Source: Actinomycetales bacterium
Lineage (GTDB): Bacteria; Actinomycetota; Actinomycetes; Actinomycetales; Dermatophilaceae
Assembly (NCBI GenBank): GCA_038235595.1
Contig: JBBSTU010000001.1
Location: 2,947 to 66,946, forward strand
Direction of reading: 5' to 3'
Length of the DNA: 64,000 bases
Translations under genes and position numbers: made by a program
The notes under the pieces: model-generated
The model's database searches: none
What the model was told of the DNA's origin: nothing
What the model saw: the letters and a program-made list of their open reading frames with translations, nothing else
Part shown: in pieces, positions 22,401 to 29,784 of the stretch
How the letters are laid out: the number at the start of each line of letters is the position of its first letter
Position numbering within the stretch: the first letter of the stretch is position 1

Positions 22401-23571
22401 GAGCGGCTGCGTGCGCAGCCACCGCGGCCGACAGCACGACCAGGGTCACGGGGATGAGGGCCGCCATCCCTGCCGTGGCCACGAGCTCGCGGGCAGCGGC
22501 GGCGCCGACCAGCCCGGCGACCACGGCCGCGACCACGGCGGCGAGCCACGGGGCGAGACGGTGAGCGGGGATCGGGGCGGCCGGCGTGGCGCGGGCGGCC
22601 GGCGTGGCGGGGGCGGCGGGGCCGTGTTCGCGGTTCCGGGCGATGGCGCCACCGGCACGCAGGAACATCCACGACTTGTAGGCGCCGTGCCCGAGGAGGT
22701 GCATGAGCGCCATCGCGGGCAGCCCCAGGCCGAGCTGGACGCACATGTAGCCCATCTGGCTCGTCGTCGAGCAGGCCAGCCGACCCTTGACGTCGGAGCG
22801 GACTCGACCGGCCCACGCGCCGGTCACGACGGAGGCGGCTCCGAGTACGAGCAGGCCGATCAGAACCACGGGGGCCGCCCGGAAGAGCGGCCAGGCCAGC
22901 ACGCCGAGCACTCCCGCGCCGTTGACCACACCGGCGTGCAGCAGCGCCGATACCGGTGACGGCGCCTCGGCCGTCTCGGCGAGCCACCGGTGCGACGGAA
23001 CGAGGCCGCTTCGCGTCACACAGGCGACGACGAGCAGCACGGCAACGACCACGACAGGCGCTCCACTCGTGACCTGGTCGAGACGGGTGCGGTCGAGGGA
23101 CGGCAACCACCCGAGGCCGATGACGACCGCAGACCAGAGGGCGAGGTCGCCGAACAACAGGTGCCGTCGCATCGTGCGGGCCGCGGCCGGTGCCCGACCG
23201 GTGCCGGTGCGCGCGACGACGAGACCGACGGCCAGCCCGCTGACGGTCCACCCGAGCGCGACGGTGACGAGACTGGCGCTCGAGACCATCACTACGAGGC
23301 CGAGCAGCGCTGCGAACAGTGCTCTTCCGGCAGGTGCCAGGCCGTCGCGTCCGCGTAGGTTGGTCAGCGAGTAGGTCGTGACGACCCAGACGAGGAGGCC
23401 GACGAAGCCCAGGAGCAGCGTCGAGATGACGTCGAGATAGAGACCGACACTGACGGGGCCAAGGGCGTGGGCGAGCTGCCAGGGGTGACCGAGGAACGCG
23501 GCCGGGGCCGCAGTCACACCCGCCAGCACCACGAGAACGCTGACGCGACGGGTCCAGAGAAACCAGTTCAT
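19453..23571 (-). CDS. fusion protein: N-terminal NuoL/MrpA-like proton-conducting membrane module (DabB/MpsA-like, aa 1 to ~490) plus C-terminal DUF2309 module (DabA/MpsB-like, aa ~520-1372); putative energy-coupled inorganic-carbon uptake system
   Basis: Single uninterrupted 1372-codon ORF. The N-terminal part has NuoL-type motifs HRWLAETAEAPSPVSALLHAGVVNGAGV, KGRLACSTTSQMGYM and HLLGHGAYKSWMFL. The C-terminal part has DUF2309 hallmarks WPLRNMVAANPL, LWCIDVRSERVRRHLE, VVCGHGSTTENNAFGTAYDCGACGG and GDIGVLTGAHGDLRTGLPWQS. Confidence 0.8.
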   Translation of the reverse strand: MNWFLWTRRVSVLVVLAGVTAAPAAFLGHPWQLAHALGPVSVGLYLDVISTLLLGFVGLLVWVVTTYSLTNLRGRDGLAPAGRALFAALLGLVVMVSSASLVTVALGWTVSGLAVGLVVARTGTGRAPAAARTMRRHLLFGDLALWSAVVIGLGWLPSLDRTRLDQVTSGAPVVVVAVLLVVACVTRSGLVPSHRWLAETAEAPSPVSALLHAGVVNGAGVLGVLAWPLFRAAPVVLIGLLVLGAASVVTGAWAGRVRSDVKGRLACSTTSQMGYMCVQLGLGLPAMALMHLLGHGAYKSWMFLRAGGAIARNREHGPAAPATPAARATPAAPIPAHRLAPWLAAVVAAVVAGLVGAAAARELVATAGMAALIPVTLVVLSAAVAAHAAARLPRATGAQSLVAVVAAGIVAGLYGWVLVGWEHALNPALPRDAVWEPLWATVLVAGLVIAGAAVVVGSRSLTARPDSALAVRLLPTALAPMARRRRFASLPRCVSTSDSRSQVRGPVAGAAVVAAAATVGTSWPLRNMVAANPLARLESMPFDDALAVASRAHSLAGAAPVAGRAPLRYYLDLFDSGRIHPHHLAAALAEVADTPVDGTVGLGTDGSGTGATSELDPGATIERLVADTRSRVAVRAASAKPLDPVSVLRFCAALPPSSVTHAVELVDTHAALWAQRAWPTTASDTPGSPDLDPSGPWDRWRRAAASPSYDAATGIRGAAAWARTLPEEPAAAIEELARRVELPADLLVGYLVATLASAPGWAAHASWRARRSGETTPLLQLAALRMAHDVLFSGAVSRGRPRTELVLSRVEVEAATGPAGPAGVTDTEPASIWQRALEIGVEEWLITQIVGPSATSDLDVPSPRSGTETRAAGVAGRPQSQSLWCIDVRSERVRRHLEESGDHHTYGYAGFFGAAVRYLNADGVAHDQCPALVEPSFTARRQPTPLRFRQVLHRSATAVSATPLGALVVAEGGGILAALSSTSALLAPATTRRFVRGWIGDHPRTDQAPLVTDLGLHEKVDLAIAALRSTGLTENFAPLIVVCGHGSTTENNAFGTAYDCGACGGNDGRVNAALLVDALNDEQVRAQLANQGLRLPVDTVAVAALHDTSTDAITLARPGEHPDIEASLAAAGRRAALERERLLPVSGRTTRPVSRPVGRRAADWSEPTPEWGLAGNAAIVFGPRQLTIGADLGSRVFLHGYDRHSDRAGHVLEQLLTAPLVVAQWINAQYYFSAVDPDTFGAGDKTTHNVVGDIGVLTGAHGDLRTGLPWQSLFRQPPGTGPLSQSLVHEPVRLLAVVDAEPDLVAGIVERHETLTQLVGNEWIRLVCLDAGRAVTLLPDLTWRPWRMPSTVSPSLREERTVDASTRPTGRA

Positions 23572-23578
23572 GGGAAGC

Positions 23579-23584
23579 AGAATA
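23579..23584 (-). promoter_or_regulatory. candidate -10 hexamer (TATTCT on the - strand) 7 nt upstream of the fusion-gene ATG; implies a leaderless mRNA
   Basis: The - strand reads GTGTATTCTGCTTCCCATG. There is no SD, and a TAnnnT hexamer sits at leaderless spacing. Confidence 0.35.
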
Positions 23585-23592
23585 CACGTAAC

Positions 23593-23614
23593 ACAGTTCG
23601 CGTATTACAGTTCG
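23593..23614. promoter_or_regulatory. direct repeat ACAGTTCG-N6-ACAGTTCG in the divergent intergenic region; candidate operator
   Basis: Perfect 8-mers at 23593-23600 and 23607-23614. An overlapping imperfect palindrome AATACACG (23581-88) / CGCGTATT (23599-606) is also present. The region is locally AT-rich. Confidence 0.35.
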
Positions 23615-23635
23615 TACCAAGCAGGCGTCGCCGGT

Positions 23636-23641
23636 TAGGGT
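23636..23641 (+). promoter_or_regulatory. candidate -10 hexamer TAGGGT 5 nt upstream of the regulator ATG (leaderless)
   Basis: GGTTAGGGTGAGGCATG. There is no SD. Confidence 0.3.
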
Positions 23642-23646
23642 GAGGC

Positions 23647-23937
23647 ATGGACCAGGGGACTCGACGAACGTGGACCTTTCTGAGCAACCACGGTCATGTG
23701 CTGGTGGCCATCAGCCGCAACCCCCACGCTCGCATTCGGGATCTCGCGGTCGACGTGGGAATCACCGAACGGGCCGCGCAGCTCATCCTGCGCGATCTGG
23801 AGGAGTCGGGCTACATCACCAAGGAGAAGGTGGGGCGACGCAACGTCTACCGTCTCGCCGCCGAAGGCCGGCTGCGACACCCTGCCGAGTCCACGGTGCG
23901 GATCAAAGCGCTCCTTGCGCTCTTCGAGGAAGCCTGA
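23647..23937 (+). CDS. small winged-helix (ArsR/MarR-like) DNA-binding protein
   Basis: 96 aa: TFLSNHGHVLVAISRNPHARIRDLAVDVGITERAAQLILRDLEESGYITKEKVGRRNVYRL, a helix-turn-helix plus wing pattern. Two other frames are open here but lack any recognisable fold. Confidence 0.7.
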   Translation: MDQGTRRTWTFLSNHGHVLVAISRNPHARIRDLAVDVGITERAAQLILRDLEESGYITKEKVGRRNVYRLAAEGRLRHPAESTVRIKALLALFEEA

Positions 23938-23971
23938 GGCGCGACCCACGGGCGTGCCGTAACGTCGGAGA

Positions 23972-24898
23972 GTGAGCCCCCGAGACCTGACGACCGCCCG
24001 GGCGCTGGCGCTCGCGCTCGAGGTTGAGGTGAACGTACTGGTGCGTGCTGTGGCGCGCGACCAGCGTCAGGAGGGCCACGATGTGAGGACGGCACTCGCC
24101 GCCGCGACGCATACGCTGGGCCGGCTGACGGAGTCGCTCGAGGCCGCTGGCGGTCCGTCCGGATGGACGGGCTCGGTCGGGTCTGCCCGTCCCGAGCCGG
24201 TCGACGTGACCGTGCCGGTGCTGGGGGTCGACGGCTGCCGTGGTGGTTGGGTCGGCGCGGTTCTCGAGCCCGGCGCGCCTCGCCCTCGCGTCGCCGTGGC
24301 CCGGAGCATCGCCGAGCTCGTCGAAACGGTACGTACCTCGCTCGGCGTGGAAGTGGTGGGCATCGACATCCCGATCGGTCTGCCCGACAACACGGTTCGC
24401 CAAGCCGACGGCCTCGCCCGCAAGGCGCTGCCCGGCAAGGCCTCGTCGGTGTTCTCGACACTGACCCGGGCGGCGTACTCGGCGCCCGACCGCGCCACCG
24501 CCGACACCGTCAACCGCTCGCGGTGCGGCCAGGGGGTCGGGGCGCAGGCGTTTGCCCTACGCGACAAGATCGTCGAGGTCGACGCGTGGGTGCGCTCCCG
24601 CCCTACGGTGACGGTCATCGAGGTGCATCCTGAGCTGTCGTTCGCCGCCATCGCCGGCTCCCCGATCCTGCCCAACAAGAAGTCGGATGCCGGCCGCGCG
24701 GCCCGGCTCGAGGCGCTGCGTGGCGTCGGCATCGCCTCACCCAGCATCCTCTCGGGGTCCGGGTACGGCGCCGACGACGTGCTCGACGCCTGCGCGGTCG
24801 CCTGGACCGCCGCCCGACACTCGCAGGGTGTCGCCAGGTCGCTGCCGACAGAGGCCGAACGCTTCTCGGACGGCATCCCCGCAGCCATCTGGAGCTGA
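23972..24898 (+). CDS. DUF429-family protein (RNase H-like fold, function unknown) with a ~78-aa N-terminal extension
   Basis: The core PVLGVDGCRGGWVGAVLE...VVGIDIPIGLPD...EVHPELSF...DDVLDACAVAWTA matches my recollection of DUF429. TAACGT (23960-65) lies 6 nt before the GTG at 23972 and supports this start. Alternative GTG starts exist at 24206-24218. Confidence 0.6.
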   Translation: MSPRDLTTARALALALEVEVNVLVRAVARDQRQEGHDVRTALAAATHTLGRLTESLEAAGGPSGWTGSVGSARPEPVDVTVPVLGVDGCRGGWVGAVLEPGAPRPRVAVARSIAELVETVRTSLGVEVVGIDIPIGLPDNTVRQADGLARKALPGKASSVFSTLTRAAYSAPDRATADTVNRSRCGQGVGAQAFALRDKIVEVDAWVRSRPTVTVIEVHPELSFAAIAGSPILPNKKSDAGRAARLEALRGVGIASPSILSGSGYGADDVLDACAVAWTAARHSQGVARSLPTEAERFSDGIPAAIWS

Positions 24899-25009
24899 CG
24901 GTCGGCTGCCCGGGCCGCAGGTTATCGTCTACCAGCATCGGCGGCTGGTCGCGTCGGCCAGCATCGGTGGCGGTCTGAATGGCTGGCGACCGGATGGCAG
25001 AGTGTCGCC

Positions 25010-26275
25010 ATGACCACTCGCGAGCTCGACATCGTTCTCTACGGCGCCACCGGCTTCGTCGGAGCCCTGACGGCAGCGCACCTCGCAGACCACGCCGGGC
25101 CGAACGTGAAGGTCGCGCTCGCGGGCCGGTCGCACGCCAAGCTCGAGGCCTTGCGTGCCGACCTCGGATCGGCGGCCGCCGGTTGGCAGCTGGTGACGGT
25201 CGAGGCATCGGACTCCGTGGGGCTGCGCCGGATGGCGGCTCGCACCACCACGGTCGCCACGACGGTCGGCCCCTACGCCCGCTACGGCAAGGAGGTGGTG
25301 CGCGCCTGCGCTGAGGAGGGAACGCACTACGCCGATCTGACGGGTGAGGTCCTCTTCGTGCGGTGGTCGCTAGACGAGGTCGCGGCCCGCGCCGCAGAGA
25401 CCGGAGCGCGGATCGTGCACGCCTGCGGCTTCGACTCCATCCCGTCTGACCTTGGTGTGCTCGTCACCGCCGAACAGGCGGCGAACGACAACGCGGGAAC
25501 GCTGGGAGAAACCACCTTGACCGTGCGGTCGCTGCGCGGTGGCATCTCCGGCGGCACCATCGACTCGGGCCGCCAGCAGGCGATCATTGCGCGCGACGAC
25601 GCGGTGGCTCGTCGCACCGTGAGCGACCCGTACGGCCTCAGCACGAGGCGGTCGGAGGAGCCCGCCTCGTCACGTGGCACTGGCAGCGGGGCGCTCTCGA
25701 CGCTCAAGCGGTGGGTGCCCATCGACCGTGACGGCGAGACAGGCTCTTGGACCGGGCCGTTCATCATGGCGGCGTTCAACACCCGGATCGTCCGGTTGTC
25801 GAACACGCTGACCGACTGGTCGTACGGCCGAGAGTTCCGCTACCGCGAGGTCACCGACTTCGGCCGCACCCCGCTGTCGCCGCTCATGGCCGGTGGCATG
25901 GCGATCGGGCTGGGGGCGGTCGTAGCGGGCCTGGCGTACCGGCCCACCCGCGTCGTGCTCGACCGGGTGCTGCCCAAGCCCGGAGACGGACCCACCGCCG
26001 AGCAGCGAGCCGCCGGTCGGTTCCGGATGGAGATCCGGTCGACCACCACGACGGGCGCCCGTTACGTCACGAAGGTCGGCGCCGACTACGACCCGGGCTA
26101 CAACGGCACCGCCGTCATGCTCGGCGAGGCTGCCCTCAGCCTCGCCCTCGACGGCGATCTGCTGCCCGAGCGGTCGGGGGTGCTCACGCCGGCCACCGCG
26201 ATGGGCGGCGTGCTCGTCGACCGGCTGCGGGCCCACGGCTTCGTGTTTGACACCCGGGAGGCTGTCGAGTCGTGA
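25010..26275 (+). CDS. saccharopine-dehydrogenase-like NAD(P)-binding oxidoreductase (trans-acting enoyl-reductase-like)
   Basis: N-terminal Rossmann motif DIVLYGATGFVG. The 421-aa length and overall pattern are typical of the actinobacterial saccharopine dehydrogenase family. Confidence 0.7.
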   Translation: MTTRELDIVLYGATGFVGALTAAHLADHAGPNVKVALAGRSHAKLEALRADLGSAAAGWQLVTVEASDSVGLRRMAARTTTVATTVGPYARYGKEVVRACAEEGTHYADLTGEVLFVRWSLDEVAARAAETGARIVHACGFDSIPSDLGVLVTAEQAANDNAGTLGETTLTVRSLRGGISGGTIDSGRQQAIIARDDAVARRTVSDPYGLSTRRSEEPASSRGTGSGALSTLKRWVPIDRDGETGSWTGPFIMAAFNTRIVRLSNTLTDWSYGREFRYREVTDFGRTPLSPLMAGGMAIGLGAVVAGLAYRPTRVVLDRVLPKPGDGPTAEQRAAGRFRMEIRSTTTTGARYVTKVGADYDPGYNGTAVMLGEAALSLALDGDLLPERSGVLTPATAMGGVLVDRLRAHGFVFDTREAVES

Positions 26276-26337
26276 GGCGGCGGCGATGGTGGGCATCTCT
26301 CATGCGAGGTGCCCCAAGCTGACCACCAAAGAAGTGC

Positions 26338-26385
26338 TTGACAGTAAGGCGTGAGCCGCTCCATACTTCCAAACATGTCTTTGGA
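26338..26385 (+). promoter_or_regulatory. candidate promoter TTGACA-18 nt-CATACT plus palindrome TCCAAA-N6-TTTGGA spanning the ArsR start codon
   Basis: TTGACA at 26338-43, CATACT at 26362-67, and the ATG at 26375, 7 nt after the -10 (leaderless). The palindrome spans 26368-26385. Confidence 0.4.
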
Positions 26386-26938
26386 GGATGCCGATCGTCG
26401 GGTCAACAGCCTTCGGGCCACGGCGCACCCGCTGCGGTTGCAGATGCTGTCCCTGCTCACCGGCGCCGAGCTCAGCGCGGCCGAGGTCGCGCGAGAGCTG
26501 GGCACGACGCAGGCCAACGCCAGCTACCACCTGAGGTTCCTGCTGGATGCCGGCCTGCTCGCCATCGCGGGGGAGGTGAACGTTCGCGGCGGCAGGGCCA
26601 AGAAGTACCGGCATCCGTGGGACGCCCAGCTTGCCTCGGGCTCCACCGACGCGCCGAGCGACACGGCGTCTGACGGCGACCGGGACGCCTACGTGCGTGC
26701 GTTCGCCGACATGATCCCGCGTCGGTTCCGGCTACGGAGCAACGAGTCGCAGACCCTGCTCACCGACGCCGAGCTGTGGGTGACTCCGGAGACCTGGGCG
26801 GAGGTGCGCGAGCTGCTGATGCGCGCGAGCCGGCTCGTCCACGAACAGGCGAAGCCGCCTCGCACCGAGGGGACCCTGCGCACGAACGTCTCGGTGGCCG
26901 CCTTCACGATGATCTCGCAGACGGGGGAGGAGCGATGA
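26375..26938 (+). CDS. ArsR-family transcriptional regulator with a C-terminal extension
   Basis: RATAHPLRLQMLSLLTGAELSAAEVARELGTTQANASYHLRFLLDAGLL is a classic ArsR HTH. I preferred the ATG at 26375 because the ORF-track GTG at 26351 falls inside the predicted promoter. Confidence 0.8.
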   Translation: MSLEDADRRVNSLRATAHPLRLQMLSLLTGAELSAAEVARELGTTQANASYHLRFLLDAGLLAIAGEVNVRGGRAKKYRHPWDAQLASGSTDAPSDTASDGDRDAYVRAFADMIPRRFRLRSNESQTLLTDAELWVTPETWAEVRELLMRASRLVHEQAKPPRTEGTLRTNVSVAAFTMISQTGEER

Positions 26939-28218
26939 GTCTGGGGGAGTCGCTGGGGGCGCTGGGTGACCGGCGCTTCGCCTGGTACTTCACGGCTCGC
27001 ACGGTCTCCACGGCCGGCTCGGTGATGGTTCCGGTGGCGCTGGCCTTCGCGGTGCTGCACGTCGACGGCTCCGCGAGCGCGCTCGCTCAGGTGCTCGGGA
27101 TGCGCACCCTGGCGCTGGTGGTCTTCCTGCTCGTCGGGGGCGTCGTGGCCGACCGGTTCTCGCGCATCGTCGTGCTCCAGGTGTCGCACGTGCTGACCGG
27201 GCTCAGTCAGGCGGCGGCGGCCACCCTCATCATCAGCGGACACGCGACCCTGACCCAGCTCACCGTCATCGAGGGCATCAACGGAGCCGTATCGGCCTTC
27301 ACCATGCCCGCCATGATGGGCATCGTCCCTCTGGTCGTCGACCGACGGCGGCTGCAGGAGGCCAACGCGCTGCTCTCCTTCAGCCGCAGTGGGCTGGGGA
27401 TCGTCGGGCCGGCCGTCGCCGGACTGCTCGTGGTGGGGGTCGGCCCAGGGTGGGCCCTCGCCGTCGACGCCGGAACCTACGCCGTCGCCATCGTCGCTCT
27501 CGCACAGGTGCGCCTGCCCAGCCGCGCCGAGGAGGCGCGTGGGCGCCGACCGTCGATGCTGCGCGAGCTGCGGGAGGGGTGGGGCGAGTTCGTCTCACGA
27601 CAGTGGCTCTGGGTGGTCGTCGTCGCCTTCGGCATCACCAATGCCATCCACGTCGGCGTCATCGGGGTGATCGGGCCGCTCGTGGCCAAGACGACCCCGG
27701 CCATCGGGGAGGCCGGCTGGGGGCTCATCCTCAGCGCCGAGGCCCTGGGCACGGTGCTGATGACGCTGGTGATGCTGCGACTGCGCTTCCGGCATCCACT
27801 GCGGGCCGGGATGATCGCTGCCTCACTCATCTGCGTGCCCATGGCCGTGCTCGGTCTGGCGCCCGCCGTGGTTCCGGTCGCGATCGGCTTCTTCGTCGCC
27901 GGTGCCGCCGTCGAGATCTTCGGCGTGGGCTGGAGCACGGCACTGCAGGAGCACGTTCCGATCGAGGTGCTCTCCAGGGTCTCGAGCTATGACGCGTTGG
28001 GGTCGTTCGTGGCCATGCCGATCGGCACGTTCCTCTACGGCTGGCTGGCCAGCGCGATCGACCTGACCGACCTGCTGGTGACCAGCGCCGTCGTCTATCT
28101 CGTCGTTGCCCTCAGTGCCCTGCTGTCCCGCTCGGTCCGCAACCTGGGCAGGGCTGCCGGTGCTACCGACGCGCCTGATGAGTCTGCCGCTTCCTCGGCA
28201 TCGCTCGATCGTGCGTGA
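26935..28218 (+). CDS. MFS transporter
   Basis: About 12 predicted TM helices. Starts MSLGESLGALGDRRFAWYFTARTVSTAGS. ATGA overlap with the ArsR stop indicates translational coupling. Confidence 0.85.
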   Translation: MSLGESLGALGDRRFAWYFTARTVSTAGSVMVPVALAFAVLHVDGSASALAQVLGMRTLALVVFLLVGGVVADRFSRIVVLQVSHVLTGLSQAAAATLIISGHATLTQLTVIEGINGAVSAFTMPAMMGIVPLVVDRRRLQEANALLSFSRSGLGIVGPAVAGLLVVGVGPGWALAVDAGTYAVAIVALAQVRLPSRAEEARGRRPSMLRELREGWGEFVSRQWLWVVVVAFGITNAIHVGVIGVIGPLVAKTTPAIGEAGWGLILSAEALGTVLMTLVMLRLRFRHPLRAGMIAASLICVPMAVLGLAPAVVPVAIGFFVAGAAVEIFGVGWSTALQEHVPIEVLSRVSSYDALGSFVAMPIGTFLYGWLASAIDLTDLLVTSAVVYLVVALSALLSRSVRNLGRAAGATDAPDESAASSASLDRA

Positions 28219-28292
28219 ACCAGAAGACCGGCCCCAACTAGGATGAGGGCGTCGATCTGCCCAACCGTTCCAGCCGAAGGACCACCACCTCC

Positions 28293-28838
28293 GTGTCGAT
28301 CAAGGACATCCGCCTCTTCGGGGATCCGGTGCTGCGCACCACAGCCCTCGAGGTCGTCGACTTCGACAAAGAGCTGCGGGTGCTCGTCAAGGACCTGCAG
28401 GACACCATGGCCGCCGCCCCCGGCTCAGGCCTGGCCGCGCCCCAGATCGGCGTGGGCCTGCGCGTGTTCACCTACGCGGTCGACGACATCATCGGTCACC
28501 TGGTCAACCCCGTGCTCGAGCTGTCGGAGGACGAACAGTGCGGCCCGGAGGGGTGCCTGAGCATCCCGGGGCTGGCCTTCGACACCCGGCGCGCGCTCAC
28601 GGTCGTCGCGCGCGGCCAGAACATGTGGGGCGAGCCGGTGCTTCTCGAGGGCAGCGACGTGCTCGCCCGGTGTGTGCAGCACGAGACCGACCATCTTGAC
28701 GGCATCCTTTTCGTCGACCGGCTCGACTCCGAGTCCCGCAAGGCGGCGATGCGGGCCATCCGAGAGGCCGACTGGTTCGGCGAAAAAACTCCCGACGTTC
28801 GGGTCAGCCCCCACTCCACCTTCGGTCGGGCGATCTAA
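28293..28838 (+). CDS. def: peptide deformylase
   Basis: The three signature motifs [17 protein letters not shown] and HETDHLDG are present. Confidence 0.93.
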   Translation: MSIKDIRLFGDPVLRTTALEVVDFDKELRVLVKDLQDTMAAAPGSGLAAPQIGVGLRVFTYAVDDIIGHLVNPVLELSEDEQCGPEGCLSIPGLAFDTRRALTVVARGQNMWGEPVLLEGSDVLARCVQHETDHLDGILFVDRLDSESRKAAMRAIREADWFGEKTPDVRVSPHSTFGRAI

Positions 28839-28839
28839 G

Positions 28840-29784
28840 GTGAGAGTCGTCTTCGCAGGAACGCCGGATGCCGCCGTGCCGAGCCTCGAGGCCGTGGCCG
28901 CCTCCGGCCATGAGCTCGTCGGGGTCGTCACCCGACCCGACGCGCGAGCAGGGAGGGGCCGGCGCTCCCTCCCATCACCGGTGCGGCAGCGAGCGGAGCA
29001 GCTCGACGTTCCCGTGCTGACGCCGACGACGGTCCGCGACGAGGCGTTTCTCGCAGCCTTGCGCGACCTCGCCCCCGACGCCTGCCCCGTCGTCGCCTAC
29101 GGCAACCTCATCCCGCCGGTCGCGCTCGAGATTCCCGTGCACGGCTGGGTCAACCTGCACTTCTCGCTGCTTCCCGCGTGGCGCGGTGCGGCGCCGGTTC
29201 AGCACGCCCTGATGGCCGGTGACGAGGTCACCGGCGCGACGACCTTCCGTATCGAGCGCGGCCTCGACACCGGGCCCGTGTTCGGGATGATGACCGAGAC
29301 GATCCGCCCCACCGACACGGCCGGTGACCTGCTGACCCGACTGTCGGAGGCTGGCGCCGGCCTGTTGGTCGCCACCCTCGACGGCATTGAGTCGGGTGAG
29401 CTGGTAGCCAAACCGCAAGCGGCAGAAGGAGTTTCGTTGGCACCGAAACTGGACGTCGAAGATGCCCGGGTGGCGTGGTCACAGACCGCCATGACCGTCG
29501 ACCGACGCGTCCGGGGCTGCACCCCGGCCCCCGGAGCCTGGACGACCTTTCGGGGTGAGCGCCTCAAGATCGGGCCTGTCTCGCTCGGCGCACCCGACGG
29601 GATGACCGGCCACGACGCGCTGGCGCCAGGGTCTCTGCTCGTGACCAAGCGCGACGTCGTCGTGGGCACGGGCACCGTCCCCGTGCGACTCGGCGTCGTG
29701 CAGCCTCACGGCAAGAAGCCGATGCCAGCGTCCGACTGGGCGCGAGGCGTCCGTATCGACAGTGGTGAGCTGGTGGGCGCATGA
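28840..29784 (+). CDS. fmt: methionyl-tRNA formyltransferase
   Basis: [19 protein letters not shown] and [17 protein letters not shown]. The GTG lies 1 nt after the def stop. Confidence 0.92.
   Translation: MRVVFAGTPDAAVPSLEAVAASGHELVGVVTRPDARAGRGRRSLPSPVRQRAEQLDVPVLTPTTVRDEAFLAALRDLAPDACPVVAYGNLIPPVALEIPVHGWVNLHFSLLPAWRGAAPVQHALMAGDEVTGATTFRIERGLDTGPVFGMMTETIRPTDTAGDLLTRLSEAGAGLLVATLDGIESGELVAKPQAAEGVSLAPKLDVEDARVAWSQTAMTVDRRVRGCTPAPGAWTTFRGERLKIGPVSLGAPDGMTGHDALAPGSLLVTKRDVVVGTGTVPVRLGVVQPHGKKPMPASDWARGVRIDSGELVGA

Noticed and set aside
21823-23620. Alternate-frame ORFs over the membrane half of the Dab fusion: 587 aa on the - strand (21857-23620) and 378 aa on the + strand (21823-22959).
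   Set aside because: The translations are extremely Arg/Pro/Gly-rich. The chosen frame gives coherent TM helices and NuoL motifs, so these are GC artefacts.
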